DNA from: Utricularia gibba
Lineage: Eukaryota; Plantae; Magnoliophyta
Length of the DNA: 64,000 nt
Reading direction: 5' to 3'
NCBI GenBank assembly: GCA_002189035.1
Contig: NEEC01000017.1
Location: forward strand, 310,001 to 374,000
How positions within the stretch are numbered: position 1 is the first letter of the stretch; every line of letters begins with the position of its first letter. Below are positions 27,017 to 39,681 of this stretch, piece after piece. The position numbers and the translations under genes are program-made. Under the pieces are notes generated by a model. It did not search any database. It was not told the DNA's origin and saw only the letters and a program-made list of their open reading frames with translations.

Positions 27017-27358
27017 TTAGAAAATTATAAATATTATTTTATAATAAATAAATGTAGATTTTAGTATTAGATGTAATACTAGAATAGCATGCATAAATAT
27101 GGATAGGTAACTCACGACAAATGTGATATCAGGTCGAGTGGTTGTGAGATATAGTAATGATCCAACTATTCGTTGATAGTCTTGTACCTCAACAGTTTTC
27201 TTTTGATCATGTAAGGAGTTTGATTCTTCTAAGTTTATCAATTTTAAGATCGTATTTGCTTTTTGTTTCAGGTAGGGAGAAAGAGGAGTATATGCTTCTC
27301 TTGATACGTTCATCTCAAATTTCTTTAGTAAGTCCTTTGTATATTTCCTTTGAGTCAA
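27017..27358 (-). mobile_element. Ty1/copia reverse transcriptase fragment
   Basis: QRKYTKDLLKKFEM...YQRIVGSLLYLTTTRPDITFVVSYLS is a typical copia RT C-terminal segment. Confidence 0.8.
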
Positions 27359-28029
27359 AAAAATGTAATTTGGAGCCTTTTCAATTTTTCTAGATTGGTA
27401 AGTAGTTGTTCAGCACTTGTTGCTACTTCACCATCTTTGATTTTGAAATTGTAGACATGATTCCACAATTTTTGAATTTCTCTTCATAAGGAAAGTTCAT
27501 GTCATCCATGGTTTCGTCAGACAATTCTTACCTTTGGCATCCCTTGTTTTTTCAACGTGAGGTGTCATTGGGTCGTGAATTTACAATAGAAACGTGTGCA
27601 CAATTCTCATAAGTATCTTTTCTCTTTTCTTATAACTATCCAGTCTTGGCATTCTTATTAAACCATAATAGGTGAGATATAAGGCGCCCTTGTCCATAGT
27701 TCTATAGTCAAAAGAGTCACCTCTTATTAAAGAATCACAAACTCAAGCCATACAAAATATATCATATTATATCTTTCTCACATAACATTCATACTTTTTG
27801 GCTTTCCATTTATACATGATGCCTCAAATACAATTGGCATATTAGTCGTAATCCCTATGGTACAACCACGTTGCTAGAGATATGCGTCCATATTTCTTCC
27901 ATTTTTTCCTAGCTTATTCTAAATGTTGATATTCAAGTCTTTGCTTAAGTTAAGAATCTATTGTCCATGATTTGCAGCTGATACTTCTGCTATGCTATGT
28001 ATTCAGCTTCGGTGGAAGATTGTGCTACC

Positions 28030-28207
28030 AAATCCTGAGCAAATATTCAAATATTTAAATTCAACTAAATCCATGGGATTATATTTTAAAAAACATACTA
28101 ACATTTCCTTCCAAGGAATTGTAGACTCTGACTTTGCAAGGGATTATTCCGATTTGAAGTCCACTACTGGATATCTATTTATGTTGGGATCAGCCTCTTT
28201 CTCATAA
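28030..28207 (+). mobile_element. Ty1/copia RT/RNase H junction fragment, opposite in orientation to 27017-27358
   Basis: IFKYLNSTKSMGLYF...FQGIVDSDFARDYSDLKSTTGYLFMLG matches the copia YSDSDWAGD...RKSTTGY motif. Confidence 0.78.
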
Positions 28208-28849
28208 AATAAATATAAAAGTGAGATAAAAAATAATGTAGAATAAATACATTAAATTGTAAATTTTCATTATAAATAATATATCTTCTTATGATGCATG
28301 CATCTTTTAAAACAACTCATGTTAGAATGAATAATAAATAACGTATATCATTAGTGAAAAACTAAAGTTGCTTGACCACTTTCGGTTACTATGGACTTCA
28401 TGTATGTTGATAAATTTTATATTCTCAATAAATTGGATACATATGATGAAGAACGTAAAATATTAAGAAGAGGTATTGATGCATGTCATTTCTACAGCAA
28501 ATTTTAAATATTTTCAAAACTTGTAAAACACAAAATACGTAATACGAAATAAAAGATGTGACAAATGTAATTGATGAAGATTGAGTACGGGGATAAGATG
28601 ATTGTAAATAAACAATAGAGATAAATGTAAGCGATGAACCTTAAATAAAGCGAATTTTTCTGGATTTGGAATCCTGTCCAACTACATTCGCCCATCTCCA
28701 CTCTTCTCTAGTTTTCTCAAGTACTCGGTTAAAAGAGTAAAGAATTGTTTATCCTCCCTTGCACTCTCTTACAAGAAGGTACGAGAATAACTCAATGTTG
28801 CTCCTCCTCGGACGAACATGAAGATAAGAGGTTCTACCCTTGTACACTC

Positions 28850-29030
28850 ATGGTTGAATTGCATATGTGTAACTACGTGTTACCAATGACCCAATGAGTC
28901 TAGATACGAGGTCACCATTTGTCCATTGATCCTGAGATATTGCCATACACAAAACACTATCTCCCTCATACCAAAAGGGCATGAGTTGATGCTTTCCACC
29001 TTCTTTCTCTTCAAAACTCGCAGGTAGTGA
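28850..29030 (-). mobile_element. Possible plant mobile domain (PMD/MAIN-like) remnant
   Basis: The minus-strand pieces RRWKASTHA and YLRINGQMVT, in different frames, resemble the PMD motifs ERWRPETHTF and GLRIDGRPVT. The region is heavily degenerate. Confidence 0.35.
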
Positions 29031-29990
29031 TCAGCTAACAATGAATATGGAATAAAAGAACTGTTATAGAAAGACTATAGCATAGTCGTGCAAAGACATA
29101 TGGAACCCAATCAAATTCAAAGAAGAAAGAAAGATCAACTACCGAAATATAGATTTGGAAGTATCCCAATTTGGAAACAGAAGTTTCTAACGGTGAACGA
29201 CCATACAAGCTAAGGAAAACAGAAAAAAATTTTAGAGAGAAGCTAGAGAAAAATTCCTTTAGAGAGATAAACAAAGTCTAAACTAAAACTGGAATTGAAA
29301 TCTTAATTTTTTGAATTGAACTGAACTACTTTGTCTTAGTTTTCGTCTTCCTCTGGTTCTGTTGGATTGAGGCGAATTGCAAGAAAATGTCTGCTCTGAC
29401 ACTAGTATAGTAATGATTTCATATGTGAGAGACTCTTGTGTATCGTACATCAAGGCTGATCATTAGACGTTTGCAATCTTTCGGAAATCAAGGAAATGTC
29501 AATTGAGGAAGATCCATTTTGTCGCTATATACTGGGTTCTTTTCTCATACTTCCTGCCACGTGTATGCCTCTATAAAAACTTAAACAAAATTAGATAAAA
29601 ATATTAGATAAATGCAGGATTTAAGAAAATTACCCTAAAGTAAATAAAAATATAAATCTTATATTATAAACTCCTGATTAAACAACTTTAATCATATTTA
29701 GACATAAAAACAATCTAAAGGATAGTGAGAGAATGACACTTAAGATATTCCCCCACACTTAAATCATGTTTGTCCTCAAGTATGCAAGTAGAAAAGCAAT
29801 CTATAGCTCTGGTAGTACCTAACACATGATGCATAACTAAGGTAACCTATTCGTCTCTAATTGCATGTACCACCTTCTATTTATTTCCAAACTCTTCAAA
29901 TCAATTTAAAGCATGCTACTTAAACAACAAAATCGGGGAAGAGGCAGCTTAGGATCACTCTCTGATTCAAAAGTTTTGGGCCGCATTGAC

Positions 29991-30347
29991 TTATTCCCCT
30001 CTCTCTTCTATTTTTTTTTTTTTGAAAGGACCCCACGTTGGTGAAGAACTATCTAGATTACAAAACCTTATTCGGGCTTCCCTTGGGCACTTGCGTGTAA
30101 TGCATCGGTAGGCATCTCCAACAACCGTTGAAGCTAGCACTATCAATGCTTGAACTGTCTTCTCACGGTAAACCTTTTCTACTTTGGCTTTGTCTTCTGT
30201 AGAACCCTCAAAGATGGGTTCAGTGGCAATAATGGTCCAGATACCGTCTAGTTGTAGATATATCTCCATTTTTGGTACCCAAATATCATACTCTTTGCCA
30301 TCAAAAATAGGAGGAGATATGTTGGTGACAGACATTGTTGGATTCAT
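29991..30347 (-). mobile_element. Ty1/copia gag N-terminal fragment
   Basis: PPIFDGKEYDIWVPKMEIYLQLDGIW matches the copia gag N-terminal (DUF4219-like) motif. Confidence 0.7.
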
Positions 30348-31460
30348 TTTTATGTATTGAAGGAAAACAATAGAAGTGCACTAGAATTTTGTGATATGAT
30401 AGAAGCATGAAGTATTCGAACCGAAGTTTTTGAAGACTGAGGTGTGTTGCTTGACTCAAATTCATGTCGGGTTCATCATGAAAGCAGTATAAATTGCATG
30501 TGGAGCTTTTGGGTGTGGGGTTTGTATGGTATGGGGATGTTGAAGTATATGTCTTGAGGAATGTATATTGTAGTATATACATCAAACAATTTTACATGTA
30601 TTTATAGATAAAGAAAAAGAACCGTTGGTTGTTGCAACGACTAATTTACCTATAGCCTTCAGCAGATAGGTATTAGATTAGGCATCATTAGTACTTGTGG
30701 CAAATGAAAAAAGCCTAATTGTGTGGTGGATTGGCCCTTGAATTCATGAGACCCATTTAGCTGCATGAGGATCCAAAATGATAATTCCCATATTCACAGA
30801 TCTTGCCTTCTTCATCCTTTAACTCTTCATAGAATCCTTATGATTTGGTTTAACGCACACAGCCGAATATTGCACTTTTACCTCAGATTTATTTTCGTTT
30901 TCCTTCAATTATTTCTATAGATTGAATTGCAAGAATATTCATTTTTTGAAGATTAGTTTTTTGGTCTCTTGAAGGATTATCTTCATTGAAAACCCAAAAT
31001 TTGATTTGTCAAATATTTTTTATTTGGACGATCACATCACTAATTGGAAATCCTTTATCTTCCCACAACTTCATAAATGAAATGATATTATCAATGTAAG
31101 CGTGTTTCAAATGAGATAAGAGTACTTGCATTGAATAAAGTATAGACTTGATGAATCATTGAATTGGTAATCTCAATCCACATCTAAAGTATTTGTGTTA
31201 ACAGTAAAATCATGAGAACCAATACGAGATGATATTTTATTTGAAATTTGTTTATTGATTTCCTTATATGAAATAACAAAATTCGTTGACACCATATATA
31301 TTTGTTTTATATTGTGAACAATAGTCATTTGCTATGTTAATATAATAATTTTTTAAAATATTAAAAACTATATACTAACAAAAAATAGTAATTTACAAAA
31401 TTGAATTGATTTTTTTTTGAAAAATTACTAAGAATTTAAATAAATCAAATATAAATTATT

Positions 31461-31998
31461 TGATAAGGGAAAAATCGGCCAAGGGTAATCGGTTCCTAAA
31501 AGGCTGCCAAAAGAGATACCGAGGGGATAACGCCAGACGACAGATCGACGTCTGTCAGAAATATGACAGGTATGGCCATATGACATAGTCTAAAAAGCGG
31601 CCGAATTACGGTATAACAGGCGGCTGATATCTGAAAAGCGAGGTCGTATAGTAGGAGCAGAAAGCAACAGATATTTGCAGACACCAGAATTTGGTCAGAG
31701 TGAGCTCTCCTATAAATAGACGGAATTATGACAAGAAATGGGAGGGGGGGGGGGGGACTAAAAAGATTTCTTCAATTTGTATTCTCCTCTTCGCGATCTC
31801 CATCTAGTGAAACTCTTTTTCGGCAAGCTCCGGCAGCTCCGTGGTTTTTTTGCTTTCCGGCGATTTTCATGTAAAAAATCCTTGCTCATTCTTATTTCAA
31901 TCACACCAACCGTGAAGAACGTGACGAAGCGTGGCATTCCTGACCGCGCCTATCACCTGAAATCGACCTCCCACCGGATACCGATTTCACCCATAACA
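31461..31998 (+). repeat. 5' LTR (538 bp)
   Basis: TG...CA termini, TATAAATA at 31711, and near-identity to 39164-39681. Confidence 0.95.
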
Positions 31999-32076
31999 TA
32001 TTTGGCGCCCACCGTGGGGCTACGTTCCACAGTCCCATTTGAGAAACCCACAGGAGCCACTCGCTAATCACGAGTC

Positions 32077-33350
32077 ATGGCGGAAAATAGCACAGCTACC
32101 GACCCGGCTCATGACAGAAGTGCCAACACGCGAGACCCCGGCCTTATGATCACTAGCAGTGAGCAACTGAAGGCCCTGCTAACGGAAATCCTTACCGACC
32201 TCCGGGCACCTTCAGGTCTCAACTCCAACGCCCAGGAGAGAATACGTTAAACCGCACCACGAACGGTGAAGCAACCTCTTATTCCGGAGTACCCCCAGAT
32301 ACGGAGACTGAAACCGAAGAGGAGATGCTACGGAGAAAGAGGCGCAACCAAGTCGTGTATGAGCCAGTAGATGATAGGGAAAACATGACTAGCAAAATCT
32401 TGGAAGAAAGAGAAGAAGAGTTGAAGAGAGAGTTAAACCAGATCCGCGAGAGGAAAAGATTTATCGATAAGCGGATGTTGGCAGGGAGAAGAGAGGATAG
32501 AGGCTTCAGGGACGTTTTCGATCAGAACGTATCCACTGGGAGAGGAGATGTTTTGGCCGATATTGCTTTGGCCTTGAAGAGTGGAGTTGAGGGAGCGGCT
32601 GGACCCACAACGATGCGTTTTGACCCTTTCTCGGACAATTTAGTCGGAGAAGAGCCCAAGAGAGGATTCAAAGTCCCAGACAGATTACCCACGTATGACG
32701 GAAAAGGGGACCCCATATCGCATGTAACCGACTTCGATATGAGGATGTCCACGGTTCGACATTCAGAGGCCATGAAGTGTAAGCTGTTTGCTTGCTCTCT
32801 CCAGAAAGGAGCAAAGACTTGGTTTAAATAGTTAGAACCATATAGCGTGGCATCTTATCGGGAATTAGTACTGCTCTTCACTACCCGATACACTGTTAAC
32901 ATTGAAGCTCCACCTTCGAAGGCATCACTATACTCTATTCGGTACGATCACCGAAAAGAGAGCTTGCGAAGATTCATCGATCTATTCAACTGCTTGGTGC
33001 AGGATGTCCAATTGGATTTAAAAGAAAGGATGGAAATAATGAAGCGGGCTTTAGGAACGTCGAAATTGGGACAGAGTCTATCGAAGTCCCCACCAAAGAA
33101 TCTCGGAGAATTGCTAAGGAAAATCATGAAGTACATCCGAGTGAACGACGACCTGAGGGCCGAGATGAAAAGCCGCGTGGAGATTCGTCCAGTCCCACAG
33201 TAGGAGACCCAACTTAACTGGGGACCCAGGCCGAATAAACGCCGTAAAGTATATCAAATGGAACCAACCAGAACAGATGCCTACTGCGAAATACACAAGA
33301 CCACCGGGCATGATACTGCCTACTGCCGACTGATGAAGAGGATGATCGAG
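32077..33350 (+). pseudogene. gag of the Tat element (frameshifts and stops)
   Basis: FKVPDRLPTYDGKGDPISHV and KCKLFACSLQKGAKTWF, plus the Tat-type C-x2-H-x4-H-x4-C motif CEIHKTTGHDTAYC at ~33284-33325. Confidence 0.85.
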
Positions 33351-35680
33351 CAGTATCACGGGTAAATTGGCTGCCCTCAGCCGTTTCATATCTCGGTCAG
33401 CCGATAAGTCGACATCCTTCTTCAAGGTCTTGCGAAAGGGAAGCGTTTTAGAATGGAACGAGGATTGTCGGATTGCTTTTGAGAAACTCAAAGAATATCT
33501 CTCATCACCCCCGCTTCTTGTGGCTCCAAAGGCAGGGGAGCCCTTAGGACTATATCTGTCTATATCGCCCGTTGCAGTCAGCGCAGTCTTGACAACCATC
33601 TCGGCAGATAATCACTTGCCGGCGTATTATGTGAGCAAAGTTTTGTTACCGGCTGAAACCCGCTATACGGTGACAGAAAAATTCATCTTGGCTCTGAAGA
33701 TGGCGGCCACCAAATTAAGGTCATATTTCCAAGATCGGCACATTGTGGTATTTATCAATTAGCCTCTGAAGAACATCCTGTCTCGTCCAGACATTTCCGG
33801 AAGGGTTGCCAAATGGGCAGTTGAATTAAGTACAATGGATATTGAGTTTAAATCGAGAACATCAATCAAGGCCCAACCTCTTGCTGATTTTGTGGTCGAA
33901 ATGACCAGGCCTATAGACCGTTTCATGGAAGCCAATGACCGATGCGCTATGTACGTGGATGGCTCAACATACAACAGCGTCGGAGGAGGGATAGACATTA
34001 GAACCCGAGAAGGAGAGCATATTTATATTACGGTGAAATTCTTATTCCCTGCCTCCAACAATGTGATCGAATATGAAGCCCTGATTAAGGGGATGAAAAT
34101 CACCAAGAAGCTGGGAGTGGCAGAACTCGACGTTTACACCGAATCGCGGCTTGTGCAAGGGCAATTTTCTGGAGAATACGAAACCCATGACTCCCTCATG
34201 GCTCTGTACCATGTCTAGGTGAAGGAATTGGCTAAAACCTTCAAGGAGTTCACCTTGTCGCACATAGCACGTGAGAAAAACGGGTCTGCGGATAGCCTCG
34301 CTCGATTCGCAGCAGCGTTTCACAAGTTAAGAGAAGGAAGTGTGACAATTCGGTTGCGGGACCAACCTTCGGTGAGCCTATGAGCCGTGAATCATATCAC
34401 CCATCAACCAAGAAACAATATCTCTTCACAACTGAGTCCCCTTGATGACTGGACGACGCCCTACATCCGGTATTTACAAAATGGGAAAACCCCATCTGAT
34501 AAGCCGAAAGCCCGACAGTTAGAGACTAGAGGGAAGAGGTATACGTTGGTGAATGGAATTCTCTATCGCAAATCCTTAGATGGACCCTTATTGTGGTGCA
34601 TCGGGGCAAAGCATTCTCAAGAACTCATAACCGATCTACATGAGGGTGAATGCGGCAGCCATATTGGAACACGATCCTTATGCCGGAAAGTTCTAAGAAC
34701 CGAGTACTACTGGCCAACTATGAAGCAGGATATTACCGATATGGTGAAGAAGTGCAAAGTGTGCCAATACCATGCAAGTATACCAAGAAAACCAGTAAGC
34801 AAACTGACCTCTCTCCCACTCTCCTGCCCCTTCGACCGATGGGGGGTGGATATAATGGGGCCTTTCCCCCACACCTCGGGTCAAAGGAAATTCGTCATCG
34901 TGGGTGTTGAGTATTTTTCCAAGTGGGTAGAGGCTGAAGCTGTGGCAAAGATCTCGGAGGAGACCGTTATCCGATTTCTGTGGAAAAACATCTTCATCCA
35001 GTTCGGAATCCCTCGAGAGCTAGTGACTGACAACAGAACTCAATTCGCCGAAGGAAAAATGGATGCATTTCTGGATAAGTATTCGGTCAAGCGCAACTTC
35101 GCCTCGGTATATCACCCGCAAAGCAATGACCTCACAGAGGTAACGAACCGAACGCTCCGACTAGGTATGAAGACTAAGCTCGAAGATTTCGGGGGTCATG
35201 GGTAGATCGCTTAGATGAGGTACTGTGGTCATATCGCACTACCCCTCGAACCACCACGGAAGAGTCCCCATTATTATTGGTTTACGGTTCAGAAGCCGTA
35301 TGCCCTATCGAACTGACCTTGAAGAGCTACTGGGTAGAGCATTATAACGAAGAAGAGAATATTGAAGTCCGAAAACTGGAATTGGAGCTGTTGGAAGAGA
35401 AGCGACGAAGCATCTATAGCCGACTAGGGGCTTATCAGAGAAGAACGGAGAAGAGTTACAACAACTCGGTATCCCCAAGGGAGATTTGGTGCTCCGAAGC
35501 ATCCAACCAAAAAGACACGTTGGGAAATTAGACCGCAACTGAGAAGGCCCTTATCGGATTTCAAGGGTGATCGGAAAAGGAGCATATCGCCTGGAACAAT
35601 TAGATGGCGCGGAACTCCCAAGGTCATGGAACGCATCACATCTAAGGAAGTTCTACGCCGAACCGACTCAATATCAATTT
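33351..35680 (+). pseudogene. pol remnant: RT thumb/connection, additional RNase HI, integrase
   Basis: GKLAALSRFIS (RT thumb) and MYVDGS...NNVIEYEALIKG (RNase HI). Integrase has the HHCC zinc finger (LHEGECGSH...CKVC), D (WGVDIMGPF), D (VTDN) and E (TEVTN), and a C-terminal GPY motif. There are several in-frame stops. Confidence 0.9.
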
Positions 35681-36453
35681 CTGTCACAGGATTCAGCATT
35701 CTCTTCCCCAAAACGCTCATGCACCTATAAATTCCTCCGAAATGGAGATGGGAAAACAAAACACAAGCCCTGGCCGAATCGCGTAAGCCCAGGTAGACCA
35801 TCAAAGATCTAAAAGCTCTGGCCAAGTAACATAAGCCCAGACGAATCTCTTATATCGGAGTCCCCTGCGGGATACAGCAAATCGACTCGGGGTCTCCCAC
35901 GATATATATATGCGATCCATCAACCCAGGCGTCAATAGCAAGAATAAGCCCTGGTACGATTCGGGGACCGGTTTATGTAAATCGCACGCGTAAGCCCCGA
36001 AAAGCCCTTAAGTATTGACCTTATTGTCGGAATCTCGAGGCGGCGAGAGCACCCAAAGCAAATCCACCCATGTTCAAAATAATGGGGTATGGCCAGAAGA
36101 GGGCCCTTTCGGATTAGGGAAGTCGCTCAACCCATGAGGGGTTCCGACCTACTTCCCTAGCAGCGGTTCAGCTCGCATGAGGAAATATTAAGGCAAACTA
36201 AAATAAAAAAGCCCAATCAAAGGGTTCGCGAGGAGGCATCCACACCCGAATCACAAAAGCATAGGCGAATCTACAAGTCTAAGCACGTAATAGACACAAT
36301 GAACCAACTCGAGGCTTCCCCGAAATGTGAACGTCACCAAAGGCAAAAGTGATGCACAAAAAATAGAGTAAATTAGAAGAAAACCCCGAACCGGGAGACC
36401 AAAATTATCCAAAAAGCCCCACAACAGGGGGAAAAACATCAAGTCAAAAATTA

Positions 36454-38588
36454 CTAAAGTACAAGAGGGGGTGGGGGATTATCGGGAGGATTGGCAGAGG
36501 AACCGGTATGCCGTTCCATCCTTGCCCTCAGCTTGGCGTCATTCTCTCGTCCTATCCTCGCCCGAATTAGCGCAATCAGTCGCTCCTGATCAGCTTCGAA
36601 CCCGAACTCCGGGGCCTGGAAAGTATCCGCGATAACATCAAGCATGTTCTCATCCTTCGTCAAGGGGTTTATCCTGTCGAAGCGCGGATCCATGATTGAA
36701 AGCCCAAATTCCCAGCTGAACTGTCGTCTCTGACGGTATAGAATTAAGCCGATTAAATCTCCTGCATAGATATCGGAGAGTTCGGAAAAACAGGCCGAGT
36801 TGACAAAGTCATCCAGAAGACCCTGCCGACATGCTTGTCGATCAAGTAATTCGGCCTCCAATGCTGAAATGCGGCCTCTAGCATGCTCTAACTCCGTTTT
36901 TGCCTCTTCAAATCAGACTTTGAAGCCCTCTCTCTCTGATTGAGCGTCGTCAACCGCCTTTCCCATTTCCTCGATCACATTTCGCAGTTCTTCCTCTTGG
37001 CGGCTGCATTTCCCTAAAACGGTTTTCAGCGAACTCCCCTCCTCCTCCAACAACTTTATCTGGGCGCTCTGAGCCACAACTTGGGCTTGAAGCCGAGAGA
37101 CTGCCTCCGATTGAGAGCCAATCTCTCTAACCATTCCCCACCCAAGAGTCAGAGCCTGAAAGAATATCCCAAGTCAAGGATCGACTACTTAGAATTTAGA
37201 AGAGGAAACATGATACGTACCTGCCAGATCCCTTCATGTACCGTGTCCGGCTGAACACCCGAGGTACTAGACATAGCTCCATCTAGGATTCCCCTTAGTT
37301 CAGCTGGAACTGAAGGTAGAGGAAGCACCGGGTTGTCCCTTACTTCTACGAGGGCAGAATCCCTCTGTAACTCGATTGGAAGAGCCGATGTTGAAGCACC
37401 AGTCGAAAAGAATCTTGCATCATAATGGGGGTATCGCTGAGATCAGGTGATGGCCGGAAGATTCTCTTTCCCTTTCCCGGCTGAAGGACGGGGAGTCAAC
37501 TCCCGGATCTCGGAGACTTCTACTACTTGATCTTCCCCCGAGGAAGGATCAACGGCGTCCAGCTGAGCTCCAATATCAGCCTGAAAGAAAAACAAAAAAA
37601 AAAGGGTTATAATCGGGAATTCGCGGTAACTGTTAAATAGGAGACAGACTGGTGCAAGGGAGGGATCCTCGGGTTCCTGCATCCTCTGCATCTTGGCAGA
37701 GAACCGCGCCATCACCGAATCTTCTAGAGAGCTTCTTCGAGCCATCTCTTCAGCTGAAAACGAAAGAAGGAAAAGCAATAAAGCATAGTGCCAATTCTGA
37801 GACTCGGGAAAGCTGAACCCGACTACCTCTTTGCCTCTTTGAGGGTTTGTGCGCAACTGCCTTAACCCTCTTCTTTTTCTTGGGGCCCCAGTTTGAATAG
37901 GTGGGGGAATCGGAGGTGAAGCCGGAACAAGAGGGAAGGATGAAGAGGGGCTAAGAGGAAGGATCCTCGAATCGGTGCCATCGAAAGGAATGATATCGGA
38001 GCAATGGAGGTCTCGGGAACGATCGATAATACCTGATCTTTTTAATGACTCACCCGAGAACATCAAGGCACAAGACTCATACCGAACTGAGCCCCGACTA
38101 AGCCTCTCATAAAGGACTTCGCGAGATTCGGAAGAAGACCGATACACATCCAAGATCTTGATCCTGAAAGGAGTTGGGGGATCGACTGGGAAGTTCCACC
38201 GAGAACCCAAAGGGGGAGCTATCCAAACGAAAGAAGACCACCAATCATGGTGGGTATCGGGGGCTTTAACAACAAAGTTGGGGCTATCTTCGAATCGGCG
38301 GAATTGAAAGTGAGATTGGCCATCCATCGGGGACTTAGCTTTACGAACGGCTATCTTGAAGAGATGATGGAAGTCTACCAGAGTCATAGCCGGATCCATA
38401 CCGGCCGAATAGAAAAGGAAAGTGGTAAAGCAGAATATGGAATTCGGGGCGAGACAGTAAATCGAAATTGCAAAGATATAGAGAAAACGGACTATTAAAG
38501 GGTGAAGAGGGAAGCGTAAACCGCTTTCGAAATAGGCAAGTGGAATTGGGAGACTGAATGGAGGCAGGGGGTCCTCACCTACCCCCAA
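36454..38588 (-). pseudogene. Spliced antisense extra gene of the Tat element (~667 codons; Transposase_28-like N-terminus, coiled-coil C-terminus)
   Basis: The minus-strand ORFs 37443-38588, 36913-37134 and 36454-36861 join into one frame after removing two phase-0 GT-AG introns (37581-37649 and 37156-37220). Only two in-frame TGA stops remain (37443-37445 and 36913-36915). Confidence 0.75.
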
Positions 38589-39163
38589 TGGATTTCAGTA
38601 TCCCGAGCATGAGAAAGCTGATACTCATCAGGGATTGAGTACCGAATGCGAAGGGAGGGGATGTTTAGTTCACTAGATCTCCTACCAATTTTCAAAGAAG
38701 CCCAAAACTGTAGAACAAGGCAGGAGTCAAGAAGGGGGAAGGACTTAGAATGACAAGGGGGACCCGTAAAAAATCCCAAAAGACCGAACGGAAAAGACGA
38801 AGAACCGAATGATACCTGGAAAATTGGCGGTTTCCGACGGATATCGCGACGATCGAGCGGCGGACGAGTGTGACGGAGCACGAAGGGCACAAAACTCTTG
38901 CAGGCAACAGAAAGGGCAAAGGAAAGAACTGACGTGAAGGGTGCTTATTTATACGGGAAAGGTTAGGGAGACGAAGCGTCGTGACGTTTGGGGTACCCAG
39001 AATGAGCGGGAAAAAAAGTGGCGTGCCAACGAGCCGACGCGTGGCAGAGAACGGCATGTGGCTTATTCGGGGGAAGCGGTAGCTCAAGAATCGGTATCGT
39101 AGTAGTTCTGATCCCCCGATTTACGCCAAAAAGGGCTAATATCGGCGAATCAGAGGGGCTGAA

Positions 39164-39681
39164 TGATAAGGGAAAAATCGGCCAAGGGTAATCGGTTCCT
39201 AAAAGGCTGCCAAAAGAGATCCCGAGGGGATAACGCCAGATGACAGATCGACGTCTGTCAGAAATCTGACAGGTATGGCCATATGACATAGTCTGAAAAG
39301 CGGCCGAATTACGGTATAATAGGCGGCCGATATCTGAAAAGTGAGATCGCATAGTAGGAGTAGAAAGCAACCGATATTTGCAGACACCAGAATTCGGTTA
39401 GAGTGAGCTCTCCTATAAATAGACGGAATTATGACAAGAAATGGGGGGACTAAAAAGATTTCTTCAATTTGTATTCTCCTCTCCATCTAGTGAAACTCTT
39501 TTTCGGCGAGCTCTGGCAGCCCCGTGGTTTTTCCGCTTTCCGGCGATTTCCACGTAAAAAATCCTTGCTCATTCTTATTTCAATCGCACCAACCGTGAAG
39601 AACGTGACGAAGCGTGGCATTCCCGACCGCGCCTATCACTTGAAATCGACCTCCTACCAGATACCGATTTCACCCATAACA
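39164..39681 (+). repeat. 3' LTR (518 bp)
   Basis: TG...CA termini, TATAAATA at 39414, and followed by the TSD TTATT. Confidence 0.95.

Larger units (their letters stand above)
31461..39681 (+). mobile_element. Ty3/gypsy Tat-type LTR retrotransposon, 8221 bp, internally deleted and non-autonomous
   Basis: LTRs at 31461-31998 and 39164-39681 both read TGATAAGGG...CCCATAACA. The 5-bp TSD TTATT is at 31456-31460 and 39682-39686. PBS TGGCGCCCACCGTGGGGC (32003-32020, tRNA-Lys type); purine tract before 39164. It has gag, RT thumb/RNase H, an additional RNase HI, and an integrase with GPY/F and no chromodomain. Confidence 0.95.

Noticed and set aside
37754-37826. Third intron in the antisense gene
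   Set aside because: The acceptor looks good (TTTCGTTTTCAG), but the obvious GT donor is phase 0 and the acceptor is phase 1. The segment reads through in frame, so the intron is left unresolved and not claimed.
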